NCBI RefSeq assembly: GCF_964204645.1
Contig: NC_134034.1
Coordinates: 310,001-374,000, forward strand
Source of the DNA: Tubulanus polymorphus
Taxonomy: Eukaryota; Animalia; Nemertea
Length of the DNA: 64,000 nucleotides
Reading direction: 5' to 3'
In this document: piece by piece, positions 51,302 through 64,000 of the stretch
Layout of the letters: the number at the start of each line of letters is the position of its first letter
How positions within the stretch are numbered: position 1 is the first letter of the stretch
The notes under the pieces: model-generated
Told to the model about the DNA's origin: nothing
What the model saw: only the letters and a program-made list of their open reading frames with translations
Database searches by the model: none
Translations under genes and position numbers: made by a program

Positions 51302-54300
51302 ATGGCGTCGTTTATGATGGGTGAAGATTACGATTCACCGACTGCCGATTGGGATCCGCTGGGAAATGATTTTTACAGGTTTAACCGCATTATTCAGAAA
51401 TTTCTATATTTATTGTGTATACGTCATAGATCTGTGCGTGAGACGTATCAATTCATGACGCCTGTCAGATCAGCAGACAAGTCATCGACACCTTTTAAAT
51501 TGTTTTTTTTTTTTAGTTTGACAGCTAGCTCTTATTAGGGCCTTAAGGTCCTACTAAGTTTAGTTACTTCTCTTCCATTCCAAGTTCCAGTCACATTCTG
51601 CCAGCCCATCCATTAACTGGATTTCACCCAGTCATATCATGACACGAGACGATAGGGCCGGAGATGCACCATCCTCGCTTGCTAATCATTGCGGTCAGAC
51701 AATTAAACCCTGGCAAGCAAGTATTGAGCTGCGTAATAAGACCCTTTAAAAATTCAGTACTACTGTATGTAGGGGTAGCAGGTAGCGTCAGAGTAGCGCC
51801 CGCAGAGGGGGTTTCTAATCTGGGGGGTTAACTGTTGTTTTCTTATTCCGACGCCTAGGTCTGACCGCAGGGGCCTGACAAAATAAATTTTCGATCCCAT
51901 TATCCTAGGTGCTATTTTATTTATCTAGAATAGCGCTGTCAATGTTCGCCTGTTGAAAGGCTACGAGGGTTTTTTTATGATGATGCAATTTTTGTAGGAA
52001 ATTCGAACTGTACAATTTTGGGACGGCCTGGACGCAAGAGGTCAATTTAGATCGTTATAAAATCACAGCCGCCAATTATGGAGGACCGATCGGTAAGATT
52101 GAATTCTCGTCTTCCCGCACGCCGGGGGGGGAGGCTGCCGTCGATCTCGTATTGACATTGTTATGTATCGATATTTTCAGCTGTACTGCGAGATACTGCC
52201 AGATTCTCGACAGTTCCCAGTAATACGAAACCGGTCATCCTCATCTATACGTCGTCCGGGCAACTGATCGCTCAAAAACGGGTAACGCTAAAAAAAAATT
52301 TGAGAAATTGGCTGTGAGAAAAATGTTTAGGTTTTAGGTTTTAGGTCTTTATACTCACAGATTCCACTGAATTAAATGGTTTAAAATAAGTACCGATTTA
52401 GGGGCAGTCGACATGAATTGGGATATGAAAGTGATGCAGACACTCCTTGAAATATGAAATTTTCTCCTTGAAAACTCCTTGAATTCTGGAATGACTGATG
52501 TGTAGGGACCCTGATTATTTTTTTTCGGTTGTAGTGGACTAGTGGTACTATTCTCGAGCTCGGCTGGTCCACTTCGGAGGAATAGTTGTGTTGCCAGGAC
52601 AACGGAAGCGTTTTAATACACAACATGTACGGAGTTTACCAACGCACTTTCTCTATGGGTCAGGTACGATAAAGACGATATCATATAGGGTATGATATAA
52701 TATTGAGGTAGGCCCTATATGATGCAATGGTGGATCTGGGAAAGTTGGAAGGCATTGTCGCGTTAAGAGCAGCCATTTCAATGTATTCTTCAAGCGGGGA
52801 CCCTCCCTCGGTGTTGATATATTTTTGAAGAAATACACCCTAAAAGCATCCTCGCTTGCCAGGGGTCCGGTATCACTCCCGAACTCGCTTCCACCAGCCC
52901 CCTGGCCTCACGAAGCGTGATTTCATTACTGGCGCTGTTGCGCGTGACGTCATATATCGATTTGCGAAATACTTCCTTGTTCGGTAAAACGTTCGCTGAT
53001 TGGACAATTTAACGGGAAAACCAACAGAAGTCTACTGTCGGTTTGTTACAAGCGCTGTGATTGGTACGACCGGATTCTGGTCGGCTAGTAACGACTCCCA
53101 ACGACTCGTGAGGTCAAGGGGTTCGGGGAACAGCTTAAGCGTAGTGGGTTCGAATCCCTTGACGGGTGAAGACGCCCTAAAAGATGCCGATTCAGATAGA
53201 ATGAGTGTAAAATTTGCAGGTTTTGATGATGAAAAGGGCAACTTCAATAGGAAAACAGGGGTCGCGACCCTGACAGATATTATATATAAACAGGGGTCGG
53301 GACTCTGAGAGATATGATATATGATAAATTGTATGATATATAATATGATATATGTTATCATATATGATAGGATATGATATGATAAATGATACGATATATG
53401 ATATGATATATATGGTATAAGATATGATGATGCGATGTTTGATGATATGATACGTAGTGCTGTTTTTAGCGACCGTTCAGGTAATTGTGTTTGTTGTTTG
53501 TTTGCAGGCAGCGATGGATATGAAAGTGATCGATTGTAAGTTTTTCAACAGCTACAACGGAACGGGACTCGCCGTCATCACCGCTAATTATCGAATATTC
53601 GTCGTGAACAACATCGATGATCCGAGAATTCGCAAAATGGCCGACATTCCCGGTAGGTTTCTTCATCGGTTTTAATTCTCTACGTCGGCAGTTGAGTTCA
53701 CCATATAAACAGGGTGGTGCCACTACCTGGAAATCAAAGAAAGGTCGGGGAAATTTCTTAGAGGACTTCAAAAAAGTCAGGGAATAGTGGGAAGAACTTT
53801 GGAAAAAAGCTAAGTCAGGGAAATTTGTTGAGATTGGTAGATCGCGTGTGAAATCAAACAGTTTCCGCCTATATCTTACGTGTTTGACTGTGTTACTTGA
53901 TTGGATTCTTGGCAGATCAAGTCAAACCATGTACATGTCAAGGAATAGTCGGGGGAAGTCAAGTCAAATAGAACTGGCCACCCTACATATTACTGGCACT
54001 ATTTGAGGGATGATATTTTGGACTGTATTATGGATTGTTGCGTTGTAGGTTTAGATCGTGCGCCGAGCAGTTGGACTATTATAAATCACGATCGTCAGGC
54101 TCGAGTGCTCGTGGCTAAAGACGCGCTGCTTTATTCCCTGGATCACGGCGGACAACATCAGGACCTCGTACGTAAATACATCGAATTATCAATTCCTGAA
54201 GAATTTCCATTTAGATTCTGAAACCGCTCGCATAGTTGTGAGTTCAGATTTGATTAACTGAAAATGAACTGATTTCAACTTTGTGTAGTCAAATTTAACC

Positions 54301-57300
54301 CAAGGTTGTTCAGATCAGGGTATTCTGGATTTATTTTAACCTGTAGAGAATTCTGAATGTTTTCTTGCTGGTGACGACTGACACAAGGAATATCTTATAA
54401 TTTACTTAGGGAATTTGAATTTTTGGTGTCATGTTTTTCTTGCTGGTGATGAGTGGCACAAGGAATATCTTATAATGAGAGAATATCTGAGAATTTAATC
54501 AGGGAATTTTTGGTCAAGGATCAGGAAAATATCGGGGAATTTTAGATCTGTAAGAACCCTGTTAACCGAGACTGCGGAACTGGGTCCGGGATATTCTCTG
54601 CTGGCAGTCAAACATTTACTATATTATAACACTTGTATTTTCAGTGTCCACACTTACAGAATCAGCCGAATGCGTTCGTAGAAATGGCGACGTCTTTCAA
54701 TAATCGATTTCTAGCGTTGTATACGGATACCGGTACGTTGTGGATCGGTCGTTGCGATTTACAGACGGTCTCGTGCGAATTCGACACCGGACGCACGACT
54801 AAACCTAAACAGCTTTCATGGTTAGTATCACGTACTACCTTGTACCTTGGAGCGGGTTTTATGTAGACTGTTAACGACTAAACCCCGTGTTTAACTCATT
54901 TTCAATTGAGTTAACCCGGGGTTAAGGTTGATACCAGTCTATTAAACCAACCTGTGGCCCGTTGCTCAAAAGTTAACTAACTTTTGAGCAACCGGCCCCT
55001 GGACTGGCAGCTTATCCCTGTGACCAGTTGAGAGACTATGTTTACATTTCACCCGATTAACGATCAGTGAAATACTTTCATGAAAAAGTCATTAAACCAT
55101 CGATGAAACTCGCTATAATAGTTGATTCAACGTTTCGACTTTATCCTAAGTAGTCATTTGCATGGATACTTCAGGAGTTCTAGTTCTAGTTCTAGGAGAT
55201 ATTTGTACAGTCCAGAACAGATGAATAAGATGTGATACAAACTAGGGATGATACACAGCATGAAAACAACAGTTATAAACTAAACAAATTTAAAGCTGAG
55301 CATACGAGGGGGGCCCTTATTCATTTAATTCTTAATTTTTAGCCTGGGAAAAAAACTATCTTTCCCAAAACTGTTCAACGAGCAATTTTACAAATCTTGA
55401 ACCTGAGTGTAGTTACCGTTGTAGGTAGAATTCTAGCGTATGTACGTGTAATTCAGGTGCGGAGGTGGCGCTGTTGTAGCTGTTTGGGACGACGGAATAA
55501 TGATGGTCGTCGGTCATAAAAAAGATAAAATTGAATATTTCTACGAAGGCACGATTCACTTGGTTCCGGAACTCGACGGTATTCGAGTTATCAGTGTCTA
55601 CACGAGTTCATACAAAGAGTTCCCAGTAAGTAGCGGTTCAGCATATTACAGGTTGTAGCCTGTAACCTGCAACTTTTCAGCTCGGGATGTTGTGCCCCAT
55701 CAGTATTGTAGTGCTAAATGAGGACGACCAGTTTCAGAAAGTTAGCTGATAAAAAGTCTAATGTCTGGTGTTTGTATTTCATTTTCAATTAAGAAGTCCT
55801 GAACACATGTGAAGTGTAGACGATCAGTTTTTGAAAGTGTGCTGATCTAATGTCTGATATTTGTATAGTTCATTTTGGTTCTCGAGCTTCCGTGAGACCC
55901 TTATTCTCATACTGTCTGGTTTTGAGCTATTAGCTTCGTAAACAGCAGGCGATCGTGATGAAACTTGAATACGATGTTAGTACGGGGATCTTGTTGTGCA
56001 GTGCAAAGAACGGGCCCAGTGCACCGCCTAGCGGTGGAAGTAGGCACTAAAAACTCTGTGTTTCAGTGACATGAACCATAAGCGATGAACACACGTGAAT
56101 TGATAGTTATCGATCGTACGTTGTTGCAGGTGCTAGCACTGAACACATGTCAACCGTGGAAAATCAGCTCTTGAATCTGCGCTGATAAAATGTCTAATGT
56201 CTGGTGTTTGTAGTTCATTTTCAATTATAGTCTCTTGTGAAATAGTTCTGAACACATGTGAAGTGCGGACGATCAGTTTGATAATTGATGTTATCGTTGC
56301 TGCAGGTGCTAGCGAGGACGTGTTTAAGATCGGATCGATGTGCCCCGGCGCGATGTTGTACGAAGCGTCGAAGCAGTTCCAGCGTAAAAGTCAACACGCC
56401 GATGATTACATCCGTATGATCAAAGACCGTTTAGACGTCGCCGTAGACGAGTGTATCGAGGCAGCCGGACAGGAATTCAATACGTCTAGACAGAAAAGTC
56501 TCCTGAAGGTAACGTGGACCGACTTCTAAAGTTTAATTCGTTGATTTTACTTAAATTCTGAATAAAAAAATACGGCGGGTGGCACCGCTGACCTGGAAAA
56601 CTCAGGGAATCCTGAAAAATCTAGATAAAATCGGGGAAAGCTCAGGAAATTTGACAAATTTTTCTAAAATACCTGGAAAACTTGGGGAAGTCGGATAATG
56701 CTATCGACCGTGTGCTTCTTTATCAATACGTGATTCAATGAAAAATGAATGAATTGTAAATATTTTAAACCTAGAAATTTCTCTGATTTACTCAGAGGAA
56801 ATTTTGTGTAATCACATGGAAAAATCAGGAAAAACTCAGGGGATTTGTAAATTGGCAGTAAGTGGCGCCACCCTGTATTGAAATTTCTCGTTAGAATTTA
56901 CCATACCGGTAGGTCGAAGAAAAGGGCAGTTTAATGATGTCATTCGGGAATTTATTGTTGGTCGCCATGGTTTTCGGAATGATTAATTTCGATGTGGTTT
57001 ATTTTCAGGCGGCGTCGTTCGGTAAATGTTTTTTGACCGATATGCGACCGGAATCGTTCGTGAACATGTGTCAGACGTTGCGCGTATTAAACGCGATCCG
57101 AGATTACACTATCGGAATTCCGCTGACGTTCAATCAGTATCTTTTATACGTGAACAACCCTCCTCCCTGTTCCGTGGGTGACACAAAGAACTACAGCAGC
57201 CTCAGCTTACCTCGGATCTCTCCGGTTCATGAATTCCACGGCAGACGGAGCAGGGATGGGTCGTTAATACTCTGAATTGGAGTGTGGAAATGTGTATTAT

Positions 57301-59642
57301 ATTGTCAGGCAGGGCAATCAACTCCAGGGTAAACAGAGTCTGGGGGCAGGAGATAATCAGAGGTAGTCAAACTCCAGGGTAAACAGAGTCTGGGGCACGT
57401 GATAGAGGTAATCGACTCCTGGGTTAAACAGAGTCCACTGTTTTGTGCTTTTGTTCCTTAACGCCGGTTTCGTAAAGATTTCAACAGTTAACGATGCGAG
57501 TTCTGATCGACAGATTAATCTATAGACGTCAGTATTATCTGGCGATTAAAATATGTCAATATCAGAAAATCCCCGAACGGGAAGGTGCTAGTCGTATTCT
57601 GGCTCATTGGGCCTGTTTTAAGGTAAAGTAACAAGTGAAATACGATCTACCAGTAAATAGAATGCCTGACCAATAAGAGTCTTGTTTAAATTCACATGGT
57701 CCCTGTGACTTCTCAATTCCGTAAAGACTCATTCTAAAGGCAAAATGCTTTTGAAGGTGCTTGAAACTCCTTTAATTTGAGCAAAATGCCTGAAACTCCT
57801 TTAAAAATCCTTCTTCAATTTTGAGAAATAGGCAATTAGAGATTGTTTTCTAGTTTTTAGTTGTACATGAACTTTGCCTAAATCGGTAGAGTTGGGATTT
57901 GTTTTTGTTGTTGGGATTATTTACTAAGGGAGATTCTTTTGTTGTAGTGAATATTGAAATCATATTTAAAGAATATTGAAATGATTTTCAAGAGATCTCA
58001 GATTGGGGTTGAATAACGAATTGAGTATTGATTTTCTAGGTGCAGCAGACGGACGTCCCTGATGAACAGATCGCTCAGGCGATCGCGAATAAATTAGGAC
58101 ACTCCGGGCGTGTCGTACTGCGAGATCGCGAATAAAGCCATCGACTTCCACCGCAAAGATTTAGCCATCAGGGTAAAGACATAGACAGAATAACCTCGTG
58201 GAACCACAGACTGATTCTTGTCTAATATTTGTTCGAACGTTTAGCTTTTAGATTTCGAGCCGAAAGCCGCCGAACAGGTTCCGTTATTGATGCGATTGGA
58301 TCGATATAAACTGGCGATGTTGAAAGGCATTGAAAGCGGTGATAGTGACTTGGGTAAGTTTCAAAGCCAGCAGAAACCAAGTTCCGCGGTTCCCAGTTCT
58401 AAAGTTCAGCATCCAGTTCCGCAGCTGTGGAACTGTGAAACAGGGTTCTGAACTGTAACAACATTTATTGTAAATTCTCATTTCCTTAGTTTTCTGTGTA
58501 TTTCAGTTTACACTGTACTGCTGCATCTGAAGGATAGTTTACCTCTATCGGAGTTTTTAATGTCAATCAGAGATCACCCGGTCGCGTACGGGTTATACCA
58601 GCAGGTAACTCACCAACCAATCACATTTAACAGTCTGGTAATCTCTGGTTATACGGGTTGCACAGTTCCGGTTCAGATTCATTCTTAAATTGAATATGAA
58701 CGTGTTTCAATTCTTGAGTCAAACTTCAACAACGCGACTTACTCTCAGCGGCGGGCCAAAATTTCACTCGCAAAACAGTGGAATTGTGTCGCGAGTTAGT
58801 TTTGAATAATACCCTTAAAACTTTCAGTACTGTTGGCAACAAAATCCGAAGATGTTACAAGATTTATATTACCAGGAAGATAATTACTTGGAAGAGGCGG
58901 CATGTAGAATAATAGAGAGTTACAGTGAAGAGGTAAGACATGGGGTCGCAGCGGGGATAGCAGTAAAACATACACAGCTATCAGCCTGCCATCTGTACAC
59001 ACCAACCTCAGTCGTTCGACAGACGTTCACCATTTTCCCAAAACATGCTCGTCCAGGCGTCGCCCCAACCCGTGGTAGTACCCCAAGGGTTTCAGTTGCT
59101 CAAAAGTTGGTTAAAGGTAACCGGCGGATAGATACCATAGTAACAATGAACTGATTACTGTCACTTTGTCATCTATCCACTGGTGAACTCTAAGCAACTT
59201 GAGCAACTGCATGCCCTGGAGACAGTCGCTTGAAAGTTGGTTAAAGATGAGCAGTCGACAGATATCATAGTAACAATGAACTTTTAATTGTCACTATGTC
59301 AACTATCACTGGTTAACTCTTTTCTATCTTTGAATATGAATTAGGGTGTCATGTCTAAACCATCAAGTTTAGACAAGACGTTCACCACATGTGTTCGTCT
59401 AGACTTCGCCATTCAAAAGGCGATTGTCTGAGGGGGTGGGTACGCGCAGCTGATTGACAGCTGCAATAGACGGTTCTTTCTCACAGGGTCGGGTACAGGA
59501 ATAAATCTTTCCATTCAAGGGGTCGGGGTAAATCTATCACTGAATCGGTTTCTATGATTTGTAGAGATTGGATGCGAGAATTTCGTGTTTGAATTCGGCG
59601 AACGAATCGTTTACGAAAGCTAGAGACGATTTCGCGGCTAAA
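51302..59642 (+). pseudogene. VPS16: VPS16 (HOPS/CORVET core subunit): 16 exons, disrupted and lacking its 3' exons
   Basis: Exons 51302-51378, 51998-52092, 52181-52281, 52535-52663, 53508-53652, 54049-54167, 54645-54820, 55457-55625, 56306-56508, 57009-57136, 57478-57622, 58040-58172, 58245-58353, 58507-58604, 58828-58932, 59565-59642. Motifs [61 protein letters not shown]. In-frame TAG at 52583-52585; frameshifts at ~55599 and ~58099. Confidence 0.85.
53710..53983. mobile_element. hAT-like MITE (CAGGG termini)
   Basis: cagggtggtgccac ... tggccaccct; a related element at ~56576-56875 ends gtggcgccaccctg. Confidence 0.45.
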
Positions 59643-59784
59643 GTAAGTTCAAAACTCAAGATAGATTACCGTAATTTCTCCGAGGTTTTGACTTTATGGT
59701 CGAATAGATTACCGTAATTTCTCCGAGGTGTTGATTTTATGGTCAAATGATTGAGTCTAGTCAGTACCCGGTTCCTAGTCATAT

Positions 59785-60840
59785 TTATCCAATTTTCAAA
59801 ATGTTTTTGATCCTAATGACAATAACAGCGGCTTCAAAACGAAATCTTTTATTCGTCAGACAATAAACAGTAAAATTCACACATGAATCAATCATAGTCA
59901 TTAAAAGGGAGCCTTTTCTCAGAAACATCGTCTTACTGCGTCCGAAAATGAGGCGATAAATTCTCTTTGGCAGTCGATCAAAACAACCCGGTAATTCACA
60001 GATAATATAAATTACAACAACAGCCGAAACCATCTTCAATATACCCGCATCTCTACTCCGAGCAACGCCACCTATTAGTGATTTACGGCGTTTTCTGGTC
60101 CAAGTGTAAACGGCAAATAGAACAGCGTTGACAACTATTAGAAATACGATTGGTAGATAAATGATGCCAAGCAGGTATCGATTGGCATGGGAAATAAATC
60201 TTTTCAAAATGTGGTACCTATATTTGCGAGCATACGTTACATCCGTGTACCCGTACTCGGAAAAGAAGACTGTGTAAGTGTACTGACCCGACTTCAAACA
60301 GGGCCATCTCGTTAAACCCGGTATTCGGCGTGGTATCATCCAATCGTAGTAAAGTAAAATCGCCAACAACAGCAGCGTGAAACAGGAGCAATTAATAGTT
60401 AAAGGTCTCCAGAAGCGTTTGAAATTCAAGGGGAAGATTATGACTATGATTCGCTCTAAACTCACAATAACGACGAGCCAGTTTCTCATAAACTGCGACG
60501 GATACAGGCCGAAATAGGCTACAATTATAAACCACCAGCCAAACTTCCAGTCATCGAAACGAAAAACCAAGTCGCCCAGATTACTGTAGATAAAATACGT
60601 TCTCAGCGGATACATGACAAAAGATGATAAACAGAACGCGAGATCAGAAACTGCTAAGAGAAAGATTGTGTGATAACAACTATTGCGTAGTCTGCGTATT
60701 ATAATAATAGTTAGAATATTCAATAGAATACCACAAACAGTAACAGGACCTATTCCTGTCATATACATGTAAACACTGAACTGGTAGTTCCATTTTATTT
60801 TCTTAGTGCAATCGAAGTGACTTGTCCTGTTCACTAACAT
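59785..60840 (-). CDS. Intact intronless rhodopsin-class peptide-receptor-like GPCR, 351 aa
   Basis: Seven hydrophobic segments; LAVSD (TM2), RNWLVVIVSLERIIVIIFPL (TM3), CELP (TM6), DSCVNFTVYCLTNKRFR (TM7/H8); same motif set as the 17.2-kb copy. Confidence 0.9.
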   Translation of the reverse strand: MLVNRTSHFDCTKKIKWNYQFSVYMYMTGIGPVTVCGILLNILTIIIIRRLRNSCYHTIFLLAVSDLAFCLSSFVMYPLRTYFIYSNLGDLVFRFDDWKFGWWFIIVAYFGLYPSQFMRNWLVVIVSLERIIVIIFPLNFKRFWRPLTINCSCFTLLLLAILLYYDWMIPRRIPGLTRWPCLKSGQYTYTVFFSEYGYTDVTYARKYRYHILKRFISHANRYLLGIIYLPIVFLIVVNAVLFAVYTWTRKRRKSLIGGVARSRDAGILKMVSAVVVIYIICELPGCFDRLPKRIYRLIFGRSKTMFLRKGSLLMTMIDSCVNFTVYCLTNKRFRFEAAVIVIRIKNILKIG

Positions 60841-60877
60841 GACGCCTCAATCAGTGTCGACACACACACCGGTGACT

Positions 60878-60897
60878 GTCGCTGCTGTCGCTGCTAC

Positions 60898-60929
<32 letters not shown>

Positions 60930-60937
60930 GCTGCTGC
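60878..60937. repeat. (GCT/CAG)n microsatellite in the likely GPCR 5' UTR
   Basis: gctgctgct tract 40-100 bp upstream of the ATG. Confidence 0.8.
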
Positions 60938-62036
60938 ATGCTTTGGAATTCTAAAACGCTAATTTAATACAATTTCATTGGATAATACAATTCATCCTCA
61001 TCCTATCGTTTTCAACAGAAATTTCCGCTGACTAAACATAAACTTCTATATTTTGTGTCAGTCTGGTGAAATTGGCTTCATTCTATTTCATCGATAAAGT
61101 GTTATAGAAAGTATAATATTATCATTGGACATATTTTCGTAGAATGCAGGTTATTTTTACCGGGCTCATAATAGCTGTTACACATTACACTCGGTGAAAT
61201 CTAAATTAGGATATATAGCTCTGCAAATTGTGATAACGCGCTTTATGAATAGTTTAGTCAAATGAAGGTTCCATGTCTATCTCCATTATCTAAATACGAA
61301 TTAGTACGAGCTTTTGAATAATAAAATCTTGAAATTTTAGATTCAATTTACTGTGGAGGTGTTTTATTCGACTACTAAAAGAGATCAAGCGGCCTCAGTA
61401 GTTCAGTGAGGTAAGGCGTAAAGATGCTATTTGCCGAGTGACAAGCTGGTTCGAGTCCGTACAGTGTGCGGGCAACACTTCAATGGCCGTGGACTCGTCG
61501 TGAGGTTAAATGAATATTCTTATGTTGTTCAAGTCTTGGGAAACCAAGATCCAAGCGGCGTAAAGCGAAAACGAACAAGAAACAACATCGATGATTTGTT
61601 GGCAGGGAATTAAAGCTGTCGCGCCACGTAGGAATCTCGAGTTACTCGGTTGCGATACACGGGCAAGCAACTCGTCATCATCGTCGTGAAGGGCAGACTT
61701 AAAAAACTTCGATCCAATCGACTTTTTAAGAGCAAACAATCAAATAAATCTCAAATAAAACAACTGAAAATTTATAGAGAACTTTATAAATAATCTTTAT
61801 TTATCAATCTATTTTAAGCACCATTTTAACATTCAGGCACTGGACCAATGAGTCAGTTCCACCAAAGTGGAATCCACCGTTCCACTAATCATAGAACAGT
61901 GACTGGATTAAGATCCACAGTTTTAGTCTTTTCAAATCGAAAATGAATTCATTACATTTTAGTTCCGCGTAGAAAATTCTGCTGGTCTTGAATCTCAAAG
62001 ACTTGATTACAGATAGATTTCATCCAGCGAAGTGTT

Positions 62037-63944
62037 TCACATTCTACTCGGATTTCCCGGACCTCGGCTTCTAAGTGTGTTAGAACTACAGATCGAGCAG
62101 GAATCCTTAAAATAGTGAAAACCACCGATATCATCGCAACAATCCGACTCGGAAATCGGAATATAAAAACTACAGTAAAAACCTCACTTACCTGGGACTC
62201 TGTCGGTACACATTCTTCATGGAACGAATGTTTACAAAAGAATGTGATCACATTGCTCGCAAATCGTAAATCTGAAAATTAAAAGTCAAGGTTTTCAGCG
62301 ACATTTTTTGAATCCCCAAAAATCGTACCATACCAATTCAGGGAGATCAGTGACGGGCTCACATTTCATATGCTTGCATCTTTGGGGCAAAAAGGGGTCA
62401 ATAATTAGACTCTCTCTTGTTTTAATACGCATTAGCAGGCTTTAAAATGTGCTAAATTCTGCTTACACTTTTAGTCTTACATCTCACACGTGTAAAAGAC
62501 CCACAAAATATTGAAGATTTAACAACGAAACTCTGTATCGCTGACGTTTCAGTTAGAATATTTCATTTCAAATAAATCTCTTGAAGATGGAAGGAAAACT
62601 GAAACATTATCAGTTAAATGATGAACGAAATGAGGATAATTGATGATTAAATACTGTTTCAAAACTTCGTCATCGGAGCTAAACAAAAATTACATTATAA
62701 CGATATTAAGTAATGATCTGATTTTTTAGTTTGAAACTATCAGAAAATAAAACGCCATCAACTGTGGTTTTCGATACTGAGTCTAAAATCAGGATTCATC
62801 GGTGTCACAGATATTCATTGTTTGATCTTCACTATAATGCGGATCAGTGACGCGGACTGCGATCAGTCTCACCTCTAACTATTATTTCTCCCTGGCAGAC
62901 GTCGCACACTTGACTTTCTTCGACGCGAATTCCACGTTTTTGAGTTTTTATCGATTTTTCCAACAACAGATAACAATCGGAGACGAGGATTTTCTTACAA
63001 CCGGCTCTTAACGCAATCTACAACACAATCATCTTACACATCGATCGTCACAAACATCTAATAACTAATATCAATCATTATGATGTCATAGGGGGATTTA
63101 TGGAAGCAGACATCTTTCTAGAAGTGTCTATAGATCAAATCACCACTAGACAAATTGATGATGTCATAGGGGGATTTATGGAGGCAGACATCTTTTCTAG
63201 AAGTGTCTTTGAATCAAATCACTAGTAGACAATTTGATGATGTCATAGGGGGATTTATGGAGGCAGACATCTTTTCTAGAAGTGTCTATAGATCAAATTA
63301 CTAGTAGGCAATTTGATGATGTCATAGGGGGATATATGAAAGTCGCCATGTAGTTTTATGATTTACCTGTAGGTTGAAATCTTGCATGATTTTCACGAGT
63401 GAATCTCGTAATCCAGGAATCTCCATCCCAGCCGGAATCCTGCGTATTAGATGTATAGGATCCACGTGCGTTCCGATATTATTCAATAAACTCGTAATGA
63501 ATTCTGCAACACAAATTCAAATCATCGAATATCAGATTTTATTTCAACAAGTTTACAAACTAGAAGTAAATAGTCGGACACCAGACGGCCTAATTCATGA
63601 AAAATTGCTTGAAAAATTATTAATACTGCCCTCCCTCTCATCTAGCACCCTCCTATCCCTCAGCCCCCTCTCTCCTCTCCCCTAGCCCTCCCATCTCTAC
63701 TCTCACCTAGCCCCCTCTCTCCCCCACACGCCCTCTCTCCTCTCCTATTTTTACCGAGGGGATTTTTACCGCTAACCCCTCCCTCTCTCCTCACAATACT
63801 TACTCGGTTTATCGATAGAATAATCGATTAAATCCTTCCACAAATCGATATCGTCATGTTCCTTACAGAAATCAATAGCACGATCGACATCCTGTAATTC
63901 ATTAGTGATCAGTTCTAAAGCTTGTTTAGTGTTTCCCATTCGAC
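62037..63944 (-). CDS. VPS41: VPS41 (HOPS-specific subunit), last five coding exons; 5' part lies beyond the right edge
   Basis: Exons 63804-63944 (RMGNTKQALELI..AIDFCKEHDDIDLWKDLIDYSIDKP), 63367-63503 (FITSLLNNIGTHVDPIHLIRRIPAGMEIPGLRDSLVKIMQDFNLQ), 62873-63017 (IALRAGCKKILVSD..CDVC), 62192-62271 (FFCKHSFHEEC), 62037-62105 (CSIC..RGPG..*); C-terminal RING-H2; no lesions. Confidence 0.93.
63078..63345 (+). repeat. 79-bp minisatellite family copy in a VPS41 intron
   Basis: Same unit as in the channel introns. Confidence 0.9.
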
Positions 63945-64000
63945 CTGAAAATCACATCAAACAACTATTCGTCAGACACTGGCAACAAAATCTATCGGAT

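Noticed and set aside
55120-55165. Penelope-like hammerhead remnants (also ~62540-62615)
   Set aside because: Core motifs are degenerate and very short; cannot be supported without a profile search.
59755-59780. CTAG|T as a Helitron 3' end explaining VPS16 capture
   Set aside because: No GC-rich subterminal hairpin, no matching 5' TC end identified and no Rep/helicase sequence.
61388-61475. tRNA-like sequences (also ~19880-19930 and 50183-50262)
   Set aside because: Only A/B-box remnants without a complete cloverleaf; likely SINE heads, not tRNA genes.
60841-62036. Possible remaining VPS16 3' exons; short ORFs 61431-61613 and 61506-61739
   Set aside because: No VPS16 C-terminal motifs seen on the plus strand; the ORFs have non-ATG starts and no recognisable similarity.

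Overview
Eukaryotic (animal, probably invertebrate) genomic DNA with GT-AG introns; no prokaryotic features. From left to right: (1) a 34-exon, minus-strand, apparently intact concatenated cyclic-nucleotide-gated K+ channel gene (tetraKCNG/CNGK type) with three complete 6TM-GYGD-CNBD repeats and the start of a fourth running off the left edge; (2) a doubly frameshifted intronless rhodopsin-class GPCR at 17.2-18.3 kb; (3) a ~30 kb block (about 20-51 kb) of many unrelated tandem arrays, including a higher-order satellite. Hidden in it are a 7-exon spliced non-coding unit built by exon-intron duplication, a ~240-bp imperfect palindrome with twin CCAAT/TATA-like motifs, and a three-exon orphan gene with its own TATA/CRE promoter and a death-domain-like N-terminus; (4) a disrupted, 3'-truncated VPS16 copy on the plus strand; (5) an intact GPCR related to the first one; (6) the intact 3' end of VPS41 on the minus strand. 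All gene models were spliced and translated by eye; no database search was run.
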